Source: an uncultured Bifidobacteriaceae bacterium (GTDB taxonomy: Bacteria > Actinomycetota > Acidimicrobiia > IMCC26256 > PALSA-555). From it: a DNA stretch of 64,000 bases. The translations under genes were made by a program, and so were the position numbers. Location: positions 9,359 through 73,358 of the forward strand of contig CAZHKE010000005.1 of assembly GCA_964532485.1 (NCBI GenBank). The letters are read 5' to 3'. Positions 42,892 through 52,020 of this stretch are shown here, in pieces (position 1 is the first letter of the stretch; each line of letters begins with the position of its first letter). The notes beneath the pieces are model-generated. The model was not told the origin of the DNA, made no database searches, and saw nothing but the letters and a program-made list of their open reading frames with translations.

Positions 42892-43482
42892 ATGCTGAAC
42901 CCGCTCTCTGGCCCACCGCAGCTCGACCGGGCAACCGCCGAGAAGCTGAGCCGCGGATGGTGGATGCTCCTGGTCGCCGGCATCATCTCGGTGATCGCAG
43001 GGATCCTCATCCTCACGATCGACTGGACGGTCGAGGATCTGGCGGTCTTCGTCTCGTTCCTGTTCATCGTGAAGGGCGTGCTCACCATCGCCACGCCACC
43101 CGTCGAGACCAGCGATCGCAGCTGGAACTTCTTCAAGGGTGCGATCGAGATCATCGTCGGCATCGCGTTCCTCGCGTGGCCCGAGCCGACCCTGCTGACT
43201 GCGGCGATCTTCATCGGCGCGTGGGTCGTGGTGTCGGGTCTCTTCACGATCATCGGGGCGATCGCGAACCGTCACGACGTCCAGATGTGGTGGCTGTACC
43301 TGATCTTCGGCGTCGTCGAGGTGCCGCTGGGGATCATCCTGTTGAACCGGCCGAGCCTGACGCTCGCCATCGCGATCGCGATGGTCGGCATCTGGGCGAT
43401 CCTCGTGGGCACGCTCGAGATCGTGTCGTCGTTCGAGGTCAAGGACCTGCCCCGCAAGCTCGGGATGCGTGACGGATCGTGA
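42892..43482 (+). CDS. HdeD/DUF308 family membrane protein
   Basis: Six regularly spaced TM helices with repeated G..I..G..L/F patterns (VIAGILILTI, IIVGIAFLAW, PLGIILLNRP). GAGGAA Shine-Dalgarno sequence. Confidence 0.75.
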   Translation: MLNPLSGPPQLDRATAEKLSRGWWMLLVAGIISVIAGILILTIDWTVEDLAVFVSFLFIVKGVLTIATPPVETSDRSWNFFKGAIEIIVGIAFLAWPEPTLLTAAIFIGAWVVVSGLFTIIGAIANRHDVQMWWLYLIFGVVEVPLGIILLNRPSLTLAIAIAMVGIWAILVGTLEIVSSFEVKDLPRKLGMRDGS

Positions 43483-44690
43483 CGACGTACGCCGACCCCA
43501 CTGCATCGCTCGATCCCGAGCTCTTCCTCCCCGAGCCGGAGCCGCGCGAGGTCCGGTACACGGTCATCTCCGTCGACGACCACCTCGTCGAACCGCCGAA
43601 CATGTTCGAGGGTCGGCTGCCGGCGAAGCTCCAGGACCGCGCACCGAAGATCGTGACCGATGAGCACGGGCACGAGGTCTGGGAGTTCGAGGGCGAGCGC
43701 CACTTCCAGGTCGGGCAGAACGCGGTGGCCGGCCGGCGACCCGAGACCGTGAGGATCGAGCCCTTCCGCTTCGACCAGATGCGCCCGGGCTGCTACGACC
43801 CCGACGCGCGCGTGCGCGACATGGACATCGGCGGCATCTGGGCGTCGCTGTGCTTCCCGTCGATGATCACCGGGTTCTGCGGACGCGTCTACTCGCAGAT
43901 CGCCGATCGAGAGCTCGGCCGGGCGGTCACGCGCGCGTGGAACGACTGGATGCACGACGAGTGGTGGGGCTCGCACCCCGACCGCTTCATCCCGCTCGGC
44001 ATCATCGACCTCACCGACGCCGAGGCCGGCGCCGCCGAGATCCGACGCAACGCCGACCGCGGCTTCGTGACCGTGTCGCTGCCCGAGCGTCCGCACCGGA
44101 TCGGGCTGCCGTCCATCTTCGAGGACCACTGGGAGCCGATCATCCGTGCGTGCGCGGAGACCGGGACGGTGATCAGCCTGCACGTCGGCTCGTCGGGCAT
44201 GGCCGAGTTCGCGCCCGGCTGCCCACCGCTCCAGATCGGGGCCACCCTGTTCGGCCAGCTCTCGTTGACCGCGTGCGCTGAGTGGGTCTGGTCGGCCTGG
44301 GCCGTGAAGTACCCCGAGTTGAAGATCGCGATGTCCGAGGGTGGCATCGGCTGGGTCGCGATGCTCATCGACCGGCTCGACAACATCGTCGACCGCTCCG
44401 GCTACGGCCTCGACGGCTTCGACGGCAGGCGCCCCGCTGACGTGCTCCGGCAGAGCTTCTGGTTCTGCACCATCGACGACCCGTCGACCATCGAGACGCG
44501 CCACGCCATCGGCATCGACCACGTCATGGTCGAGACCGACTACCCGCACGGCGACGGCACCTGGCCCGACACCCAGGCGGTGATCGAGCGGTGCTGGGGG
44601 CACCTGCCCGTCGACGACCTGCGGAAGATGACCCATCAGAACGCGGCCGCGCTCTACCGCCACCCGCTGCCGCCGAGTCCCGTTCCCTGA
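43479..44690 (+). CDS. amidohydrolase-2 (ACMSD-like) family protein
   Basis: VISVDDHLVEPP (metal-binding HxH-equivalent region), IWASLCFPS and ETDYPHGDG (C-terminal metal Asp/His) are typical of PF04909-type amidohydrolases. GTGA overlap with the upstream gene. Confidence 0.75.
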   Translation: MTTYADPTASLDPELFLPEPEPREVRYTVISVDDHLVEPPNMFEGRLPAKLQDRAPKIVTDEHGHEVWEFEGERHFQVGQNAVAGRRPETVRIEPFRFDQMRPGCYDPDARVRDMDIGGIWASLCFPSMITGFCGRVYSQIADRELGRAVTRAWNDWMHDEWWGSHPDRFIPLGIIDLTDAEAGAAEIRRNADRGFVTVSLPERPHRIGLPSIFEDHWEPIIRACAETGTVISLHVGSSGMAEFAPGCPPLQIGATLFGQLSLTACAEWVWSAWAVKYPELKIAMSEGGIGWVAMLIDRLDNIVDRSGYGLDGFDGRRPADVLRQSFWFCTIDDPSTIETRHAIGIDHVMVETDYPHGDGTWPDTQAVIERCWGHLPVDDLRKMTHQNAAALYRHPLPPSPVP

Positions 44691-44702
44691 TCAGGACCCG
44701 GC

Positions 44703-45920
44703 GTGCAGGAGCACGGCAGGCCGGCCGGTGAGATCCTCGCCGACCTCGACGAGCGGCAGGGCCGCGATCCCGACGTCCACGGAGCCCGCCTCTTCGGTCT
44801 GACGTACCCGACCGGCCGGGCCGAGCTCGAGGAGCTCGTGCACGCGGTGTACTCGCGATACCTCTTCGGCAACGCGCTGAACCCGTACAAGTTCGTCGAG
44901 CTCGCCGCGCTCGAGGCCGACGTGCTGGCCGATGTCGGCTCGCTCGTGCACCTGCCCGACGGTGGGGGCGGGACGATGACGTCGGGTGGCACGGAGTCCA
45001 TCCTGATGTCGATGCTCGTCAACCGGGAGCGAGCACGCGCGCGTGGCATCGAACGGCCACGAGTCGTCGCCGCGGTCACTGCGCACCCCGCGTACGCGAA
45101 GGCCGCGCACTACTTCGACATGGAGCTCGTCCAGTACCCGGTCGACGACCGATGGCGTGCCGACGTCGGAGCGGCCGAGGCGGTCGTCGACGATCGCACT
45201 GCCGTGCTCGTGGCGTCGGCGTTCTCGTATCCCCACGGTGTGATGGACCCGGTGGTCGACCTCGCCGCGCTCGCTGCGGAGCACGGCGTGGGGTGTCACG
45301 TCGACGCGTGCATCGGCAGCTTCGTGCTCCCCTTCCTCGAGCGGCTCGGGCACGACGTCCCACCCTGGGACTTCCGGGTCGAGGGTGTCACCGAGATCTC
45401 GGCCGACATCCACAAGTACGGCTTCGTCCCGAAGGGGGCGTCGGTTGTCCTCCATCGCGACGCCGACTGGTTCGGTCATCAGGTGTTCCTCTACGACCGG
45501 TGGCCGTCCGGGCTCTACGGGTCACCGGCGATGGCCGGCGCACGTGCGGCCGCTCCCATCGCGGCCGCATGGGCGATGCTGCGCCTCCTCGGCCTCCAGG
45601 GGTACACGGAGATCCAACGCGACCTCGCGGCGACGACCGCGCACGTGCGGGCTGCGATCGACGCGACGCCGGCTGTCGACATCGTCGGCGATCCCGTGGG
45701 GCCGGTGCTCGCGATGCAGGCGGACGACGTCGACCTCTACGCGGTCGGTGACGTCATGGATGATCGAGGCTGGAACCTCAATCGCAACACCGATCCGCGC
45801 GGCTTGCACCTCATGCTCTCGCCCGCACACGGAGCCATCGTCGACGAGCTGCTGGATGACTTCGCCGACGCCGTCGCCCACCACGGTGCGTCACGCGGCG
45901 TCGAGCCCCGCTACTCCTGA
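44703..45920 (+). CDS. PLP-dependent group II decarboxylase-fold enzyme, sphingosine-1-phosphate-lyase-like
   Basis: TSGGTESILMSM and ISADIHKYGFVPKGASVVL closely resemble the SPL PLP-lysine motif (ISADTHKYGFAPKG). No N-terminal TM segment. Confidence 0.75.
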   Translation: MQEHGRPAGEILADLDERQGRDPDVHGARLFGLTYPTGRAELEELVHAVYSRYLFGNALNPYKFVELAALEADVLADVGSLVHLPDGGGGTMTSGGTESILMSMLVNRERARARGIERPRVVAAVTAHPAYAKAAHYFDMELVQYPVDDRWRADVGAAEAVVDDRTAVLVASAFSYPHGVMDPVVDLAALAAEHGVGCHVDACIGSFVLPFLERLGHDVPPWDFRVEGVTEISADIHKYGFVPKGASVVLHRDADWFGHQVFLYDRWPSGLYGSPAMAGARAAAPIAAAWAMLRLLGLQGYTEIQRDLAATTAHVRAAIDATPAVDIVGDPVGPVLAMQADDVDLYAVGDVMDDRGWNLNRNTDPRGLHLMLSPAHGAIVDELLDDFADAVAHHGASRGVEPRYS

Positions 45921-45989
45921 GCGCTCTCGCTCTGGCGCTCCGAGTCGCGCGCGCTTCGGTTGTCGGGCGGGTGCGTCTAGCGTCGCGCT

Positions 45990-46916
45990 GTGGGTGACTC
46001 GCGTCGTGCGGCGCTGCGGTGGCACCGCTTGTCGGTCGACGGCCGCGCCGCCTCGTGCCTCGAGGCCGGTGAGGGTCCCCCGGTCGTCTTCCTGCACGGG
46101 TTCGGACTCAGTCACCACGCGTACCGCGCCCCGGTGCGACGCCTCGCCGCGACGGGCGTTCGCGTCCTCGCGCCCGCGCTCCCGGGCTTCGGCGGCACCG
46201 CCGCGCTCCCCGCGGCGGCCGGTGACCTGCACGGATACGCAGGCTGGGTGACGGCGTTCCTCGACGCCATGCGGGTGAAGGGCCCGGTCCTGCTCGTCGG
46301 GCACTCCTTCGGCGGCGGGATCGCCATCGTGACCGCGCACGACCATCCGGCTCGCGTCGGCGGGCTCGTGCTCGTCAACGCCGTCGGTGGCGCGACCTGG
46401 ACGCACGACGGCGAGCTCGTGCGCGACATCTCGGAGCGGCCGCTCTGGGACTGGGGCCTGCGGTTCTCGGCCGACGTCCGGAGCGCCCGGGGGCTGGCTC
46501 GCGTGCTGCCGGTGGTCGTGGCCGAGGCGGTGCCGAACCTCGTGCTCGACCCGCGCGCGTTCGTGCGGGCCGCGCGCCTCGCGCGCACCGCCGATCTCAC
46601 CGACGAGCTCGAGACCCTGCGGCGTCGCGGGCTGCCCGTCGTCATCGTCTGGTCGCCGCACGACCAGGTCGTCACCGAGGCGTCTGTCGACGCGCTGCGC
46701 GAGGCGCTCGGTGACGCGCCCGCGATCAGCGTGCCCGGTGGGCACAGCTGGCTCCTCGCCGATCCCGAGCACTTCGGTGAGGTGATGACGAACGTCGTCG
46801 CCGTCGCCGAGCGCGCCCACTGGCTCGACGCGGGCCGCGTCCGGCACTGGTGGCGACGCATGCGCGCTCGCCTCGGCGGCAAGCGCGCGCCGGCCCCCGA
46901 CATCGGCACCGGCTGA
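45990..46916 (+). CDS. alpha/beta hydrolase
   Basis: PPVVFLHGFGLS, nucleophile elbow LVGHSFGGG, and C-terminal His region PGGHSWLL. Confidence 0.8.
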   Translation: MGDSRRAALRWHRLSVDGRAASCLEAGEGPPVVFLHGFGLSHHAYRAPVRRLAATGVRVLAPALPGFGGTAALPAAAGDLHGYAGWVTAFLDAMRVKGPVLLVGHSFGGGIAIVTAHDHPARVGGLVLVNAVGGATWTHDGELVRDISERPLWDWGLRFSADVRSARGLARVLPVVVAEAVPNLVLDPRAFVRAARLARTADLTDELETLRRRGLPVVIVWSPHDQVVTEASVDALREALGDAPAISVPGGHSWLLADPEHFGEVMTNVVAVAERAHWLDAGRVRHWWRRMRARLGGKRAPAPDIGTG

Positions 46917-48881
46917 GTGGCACCGGGAGCCGCGGGGGCAGAGCGGCTCGCCACCGACGCGGGCACCGCGGCGCCGTCGATCCCGTACCAGCCGGGGCTC
47001 GACGGCCTGCGCGCCGTCGCGGTCGGTGCCGTGCTGCTGTACCACGGTGGTGTCGCGTGGATGCGCGGCGGCTTTCTCGGCGTCGACATCTTCTTCGTCC
47101 TCTCGGGCTACCTCATCACGACCCTGTTGCTCGTCGAGTGGGGTCGAACCGGGCGCATCCGCCTGCTCGCGTTCTGGGCGCGCCGTGCGCGGCGACTGCT
47201 GCCTGCACTCGCGCTGTTGCTCGTCGGTGTCGTGCTGTTCGGGCTGCTCGTTGCCGCACCCGAGACCCTTGATCGGTTGCGCGACGACGCGCTCTCCGCG
47301 ATCGGCTACGTGGCGAACTGGCGGTTCATCGCGTCGGGGCAGGGCTACTTCGACCAGTTCGCCGAGCCGTCACCGCTGCGCCACACGTGGTCGCTGGCGA
47401 TCGAGGAGCAGTTCTACCTGCTGTGGCCGTTCATCCTGCTGGCGCTGCTGCACTGGCGCCCACGGCTGACGACGCTCGCTCGCGTCTTCGCCGCCGGCGC
47501 GATCGTCTCCGCCGCGCTCATGGCGGTGCTCGTGAACCCCGGAGGCGACCCTTCGCGCGTGTACTACGGCACCGACACCCGCGCACAGGCGTTGCTCGTC
47601 GGGGCGGCGCTGGCTGCGGTCACCCTGCGCCTGCGCACCCGTCGCGACGGCCCGGGCCCCGGTGCACCCTGGGTCAGGGCCGGGGTCGCGGGTGGCGTGG
47701 TGCTCGGCCTCCTGCTCGTGCTCGTGCGCGACACGTCGTCATGGATGTATCGAGGCGGCTACCTGCTCGCTGCCGTGGCGACCGCCGCGGTCATCGGTGC
47801 CGCGATCCAGCCCAAGCGCAACGCGATCCGCTCGGCACTCGGCCCGGCGCCACTCCGGTGGGTGGGGGCGATCTCGTACGGTCTCTACCTCTGGCACTGG
47901 CCGGTGTACCTCACGCTGACGAACGAGCGCACGGGCCTCGACGGCACCGGGCTGCTCGTCGTCCGCATCGCAGTGTCGTTCGCAGCCGCCACCGTGTCGT
48001 ACTACCTCGTCGAGCTGCCCGTTCGACATCGACAGCTGCTGCGCGACGTCCCGCGCGCGCTCGTCGCGATCCCCGTGGTCGCGGCGATTCTCGCGTTCGC
48101 CTTCCTGGCGATCCCGACCGTGCGCGGTGACGAGTCCGGCGAGGTCGCAGCCGTGGGTCGGACCGAGCCGGCACCTCCCGGGTCCACCACGCCGCCGGCT
48201 TCCGTGCTGGTCGTCGGCGACTCGGTCGCCCGGACGATGGGTGACGGGTTCGACCGGGCATCGCACGCCGCCGGCGTCGAGCTCTTCAACCGCGGTCAGC
48301 TGGCGTGCGGGCTCGCGCAACGCGGTCGCATCGAACGCGGCGGGCAGTGGGTCGACACCGAACCCGCGTGTGACGGCTGGCCGACGCAGTGGAAGAGCTG
48401 GGTCGACGAGATCGCGCCCGAGGTCTCCGTCGTACTGTTCGACGTGTTCGTGGTGTCCGATCTCGAGATCGACGGAGCGACGCTCGAGCTCGGGTCGAAG
48501 GCGTCCGACGCCTATCTGCGGAAGCAGCTGGAGCGTGGGATCGCCATCCTGCGGTCACACGACGGGCGCGTGGTCCTGCTGACCGCGCCGTACAACCACC
48601 GCCCCGAGGTCGTCGGTCAGCCCGCTCGCTGGGCCGAGGACGATCGCGCGCGTGTCGACCACTGGAACGAGGTCCTGCGCTCGGTCGTGGAGGATCTCGG
48701 TGACTCGGCGGTCACCCTCGCCGACCTCAACGACCATCTCTCACCGCAGGGCAGGTACACGAACACCCGGAAGGGCGTCGAGCTGCGCTACGACGGCGTG
48801 CACTTCAACCCCGAGGCGGGCGAGCTCGTCTTCGGGTGGCTGCTCCCGCAGCTGGGTGCACCTCAGGCAGAGACGATCTGA
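46917..48881 (+). CDS. acyltransferase family 3 with C-terminal SGNH domain (paralog of 23879..25903)
   Basis: QPGLDGLRAVAVGAVLLYHG, GFLGVDIFFVLSGYLIT, WSLAIEEQFY, then VLVVGDSVARTMG. The GTG start directly follows the stop of the upstream gene. Confidence 0.9.
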   Translation: MAPGAAGAERLATDAGTAAPSIPYQPGLDGLRAVAVGAVLLYHGGVAWMRGGFLGVDIFFVLSGYLITTLLLVEWGRTGRIRLLAFWARRARRLLPALALLLVGVVLFGLLVAAPETLDRLRDDALSAIGYVANWRFIASGQGYFDQFAEPSPLRHTWSLAIEEQFYLLWPFILLALLHWRPRLTTLARVFAAGAIVSAALMAVLVNPGGDPSRVYYGTDTRAQALLVGAALAAVTLRLRTRRDGPGPGAPWVRAGVAGGVVLGLLLVLVRDTSSWMYRGGYLLAAVATAAVIGAAIQPKRNAIRSALGPAPLRWVGAISYGLYLWHWPVYLTLTNERTGLDGTGLLVVRIAVSFAAATVSYYLVELPVRHRQLLRDVPRALVAIPVVAAILAFAFLAIPTVRGDESGEVAAVGRTEPAPPGSTTPPASVLVVGDSVARTMGDGFDRASHAAGVELFNRGQLACGLAQRGRIERGGQWVDTEPACDGWPTQWKSWVDEIAPEVSVVLFDVFVVSDLEIDGATLELGSKASDAYLRKQLERGIAILRSHDGRVVLLTAPYNHRPEVVGQPARWAEDDRARVDHWNEVLRSVVEDLGDSAVTLADLNDHLSPQGRYTNTRKGVELRYDGVHFNPEAGELVFGWLLPQLGAPQAETI

Positions 48882-49413
48882 CAGTCGTCGTTGGCGGCGA
48901 ACGCCTCGAGGAGCGGCGCGGCGTCGGCAGTCCGCGCCGCCGAGAACGCGGCCTGGATCGCCTCCAACCCGGCCTCGAGCGCGTCCTGCGCGGTCCGCGC
49001 CGCGGTCGTGAACGTCTCGGGGTCCTTCGTCGAGGCCTGCGCGAGCGACTTCTTCGCTTGCGAGACGGTGCGCTGCACCTGCGTGAAGCCCTCACGCATC
49101 GTCGCCGCGATCTGCTGGCCGCCCTTCACGTCGGGCTTGCCGGCGTCCTTCAGCTCCGCGACGAGCTTCTTGGTCTGCTGCTGCGTCGTCGTGAGCAGCT
49201 TCCCGAGGCGCTTCTTGACGTCGGCTGCCGACTTGGGCGGCGCCTTCGCGGTCTTCGTGCTCGCCGAGCTGATCTGCGTGCCCCACGTGTCGAGCGCTCC
49301 GCAGACCGACGACGTCCACGCCTTGGGAGACGCGCCGGCTCCAGCAGCGGGGGCGGCGAGCAGGAGGGTCAGCGCCGCGACGAGGGCAGCTGCGGTGGCG
49401 AGACGACGGGGAG
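48863..49413 (-). CDS. secreted hypothetical protein
   Basis: GTG at 49413 gives the signal-like TPAPRRLATAAALVAALTLLLAAPAAGAGA. The mature part is Lys/Ala/Thr/Gln-rich and helical-looking, with two Cys (SSVCGAL, NDDCQIV). Confidence 0.55.
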
Positions 49414-49540
49414 CAGGAGTCACGAGGGTGCACGCTAGCGAAGCCGCCCCCTCGCGATGCCACTCGCGTCGATGGCGCCGGTCGGCCGGTCCTCCGAGCG
49501 CGGTTTGACTCGGGGGTCCCCCGACACCGCAGACTGTGGC

Positions 49541-50089
49541 GTGCCCCGACGTCCTGCGATCCTCCTCACGTGCCTCACCGCGGCTGCGATCGCCGCAGTG
49601 CCTCTCTCGCTGGGCGCGCTCACCGCGAGCGCCGCGCAGAACGAGCCCGAGGTCGAGATCGAGTCGGTGACTCCGCCCGGCGGTCCGCCGGGGACGGAGA
49701 TCGCCTACGGCCTCGCCGGCACCGACGAGGCCGGCAGCCGCGAGTGCGCGACGTCGAGTGCGTATCGCCTCGAGTTCCTCGCTCCCGACGGCACGCTCGT
49801 CGCCACCGGCGGCGAGACCGTCGCCGTCCCCGCGACCGCGCAACCGGGTGACTCGTTCATCCGCCTCGTCTGCTACGTACCCGACGCGACCGGCCGCCGA
49901 GTGATCTACGGGCTCTGCGCCGGCTTCGCCGTCACGTCCGAAGGTCAGGCCGTGCCCGACGCCAGATCGACCGTCGCGGCCGACTGTCCGCCGACTCCCA
50001 GGCTCGTCCTCGGACAGTCGGTGATCGCCGTCGAACGCGCGATGTCAGAAGCGTTCAACCCGCTGCTGTACTTCCCGCTGCCCAAGTAG
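49541..50089 (+). CDS. secreted hypothetical protein
   Basis: GTG at 49541 gives the signal-like PRRPAILLTCLTAAAIAAVPLSLGALTASA. The mature part is beta-rich-looking with 4 Cys. Confidence 0.55.
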   Translation: MPRRPAILLTCLTAAAIAAVPLSLGALTASAAQNEPEVEIESVTPPGGPPGTEIAYGLAGTDEAGSRECATSSAYRLEFLAPDGTLVATGGETVAVPATAQPGDSFIRLVCYVPDATGRRVIYGLCAGFAVTSEGQAVPDARSTVAADCPPTPRLVLGQSVIAVERAMSEAFNPLLYFPLPK

Positions 50090-50144
50090 ACGAAGACCGG
50101 CCCAGGAACGCCCAACCGCACCGGCCCCCGGGCAGAATGACCCG

Positions 50145-50759
50145 ATGGCCGAGCTCGGGATCCTTGCCCTCGCGTTCGTCGCCGGATCGATCCCCTTCTC
50201 GAACCTGGTCGCCCGCAGGTCTCGGGGCGTCGACCTCCGCGACACCGACTACAACTCGGTCTCGGGCAGCTCGCTCTACCGCGTCGCCGGCTTCGGGGCG
50301 CTCGTCGTCTCGGGGCTGTGCGATCTCGCCAAGGGCGCGATCGGCCCGCTCCTCGCCGGACCCGACCGGCCGGTGCTCGCCGCGCTCGCGGGTGGCGTCG
50401 CGGTCATCGGTCACAACTGGTCGCCGTTCCTGCGCGGCCTCGGGGGGCGCGGCGTCGGCCCGGCGCTCGGCTCGCTGCTCGTCAACGCGTGGCCCGGCGT
50501 CGTGCTGCTGCTCGGGGCGATGATCGCCGGCAAGGTGTTCCGCCAGACCGGCCTCGGCGGCTTCGTCGGCGAGCTCGCGCTCACGCCCGTGCTCGCGCTC
50601 ACGAGCGGTGCCGCCGGCGCGCTCGCCGGTGCCGCAGTGGCGGCGCCGATGCTCGTGAAGCGCGCCGTCGGCAACTCGCGTCCGCGTGAGCCCGGCTGGC
50701 GGCCCTACGTGCAGCGGCTCCTCTACGACCGTGACCCCGAGACCCCGGCGGCGCCGTGA
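50145..50759 (+). CDS. plsY: PlsY-family glycerol-3-phosphate acyltransferase (divergent)
   Basis: AGSIPFSNLVA, CDLAKGAIGP and IGHNWSPFLRGLGGRGVG match PlsY motifs 2 and 3. The motif 1 region reads SVSGSSLY instead of GSGNxGATN. Confidence 0.65.
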   Translation: MAELGILALAFVAGSIPFSNLVARRSRGVDLRDTDYNSVSGSSLYRVAGFGALVVSGLCDLAKGAIGPLLAGPDRPVLAALAGGVAVIGHNWSPFLRGLGGRGVGPALGSLLVNAWPGVVLLLGAMIAGKVFRQTGLGGFVGELALTPVLALTSGAAGALAGAAVAAPMLVKRAVGNSRPREPGWRPYVQRLLYDRDPETPAAP

Positions 50760-51991
50760 CGGTGACTGCGCTCGTCCAGCGCCAGGGCTTCCGCAACCTC
50801 CTCATCGGCCAGGGCGTCTCGGGTCTCGGCGACTGGATGGGGACGATCGCGTTCATGGCGATCGCCCTCGAGCTCACCGGGTCGCCGCTCGCGGTGGGGG
50901 GGATCCTGACGTTGCGACTGCTCCCCGCGGCCGTCGGAGGGCCGCTGGCGGCCCGTGCCGTCAAGCACTGGGACCGGCGTCGCACGATGCTCGCGATGGA
51001 CGCGGTGCGTGCGGGCGTCATCGCGGCCGTTCCGCTGTTCCAGGCGATCTGGTGGGTGTACACGTGCGCGTTCGTGCTCGAGGTGGCGAGCCTCGTCTTC
51101 CTCCCCGCGCGTGACGCGTCGATCCCCGAGCTCGTCGACACCGAAGACCTCCCGGTCGCCAACGGGCTCGTGCTCGGGTCGTCGTACGGCACGATCCCGC
51201 TCGGGGCGGGCGCGTTCGCCGCCGTCGCGGCGCTGCCCTTCGCCGACCTCTTCGATCGTCCGTTCGCACTCGTCTTCTGGATCGACGCGTTGACGTTCCT
51301 GGTGTCGTTCGCGTTCATCGCGCGACTCTCCGAGCTCGCCGCGGACGACGGCGTGGACGGCGCGGTCGAGGACGTGCGCTTCCTCGACGCGTTCCGCATC
51401 CCGCTCGTGCGGGCAGTGATGCCGGCCGCGCTCGCGGTCGCGCTCGGGCTCGGAGCGCTCTTCTCGCTGGGGATCGTCTTCGTGCGAGACGTGCTGGGCG
51501 CGTCCGACACCGAGTTCGGCGTGCTGATCGCCCTCTTCGGCGTCGGTGCGGTGCTCGGGCTCGGGGTCCTTCAGCTGCGTCGTGGCCAAGACCCGCTGGT
51601 CGAGACGCGGCTCGGCGTGGCCGCGATTGGCTGCATCGTCGCGCTGTTCAGCCTCGCGACATCGGTGTGGCTCGCCTACGCGGGTGCGGCGGCGTTCGGG
51701 GCCGCGGCTGCGTACTCGCTGTCGTCGGGGATGGGAGCGCTGCAGTCGCGGCTCGAGGGGCACCAGCGCGTGCTGGCGTTCGCGGCGTTCCACGTCGTCA
51801 TCCGCATCGGGCTCAGCCTTGCTGCTGTGGGCGCCGGCCTCGCCGGGGACCTCCTCGACGACGTGACGTGGCCGTGGGTCGGTGATCTCGAGCCGTCCCG
51901 GGTGGTGCTGCTGTGCTCGGGGCTCCTCGTGGTGCTGTCGTCGGCGCTCGTCCGGCTGCGCGAGAGTCCTGGGACGGCCGGAGACCCCTGA
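50756..51991 (+). CDS. MFS transporter
   Basis: 12 TM-like helices, N-terminal FRNLLIGQGVSGLGDWM and LRLLPAAVGGPLAARAV typical of the EntS-like MFS subgroup. GTGA overlap with the plsY-like gene. Confidence 0.85.
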   Translation: MTVTALVQRQGFRNLLIGQGVSGLGDWMGTIAFMAIALELTGSPLAVGGILTLRLLPAAVGGPLAARAVKHWDRRRTMLAMDAVRAGVIAAVPLFQAIWWVYTCAFVLEVASLVFLPARDASIPELVDTEDLPVANGLVLGSSYGTIPLGAGAFAAVAALPFADLFDRPFALVFWIDALTFLVSFAFIARLSELAADDGVDGAVEDVRFLDAFRIPLVRAVMPAALAVALGLGALFSLGIVFVRDVLGASDTEFGVLIALFGVGAVLGLGVLQLRRGQDPLVETRLGVAAIGCIVALFSLATSVWLAYAGAAAFGAAAAYSLSSGMGALQSRLEGHQRVLAFAAFHVVIRIGLSLAAVGAGLAGDLLDDVTWPWVGDLEPSRVVLLCSGLLVVLSSALVRLRESPGTAGDP

Positions 51992-52020
51992 ACGGCGCTG
52001 CGGCGCCAGGAGCCCCCCTC

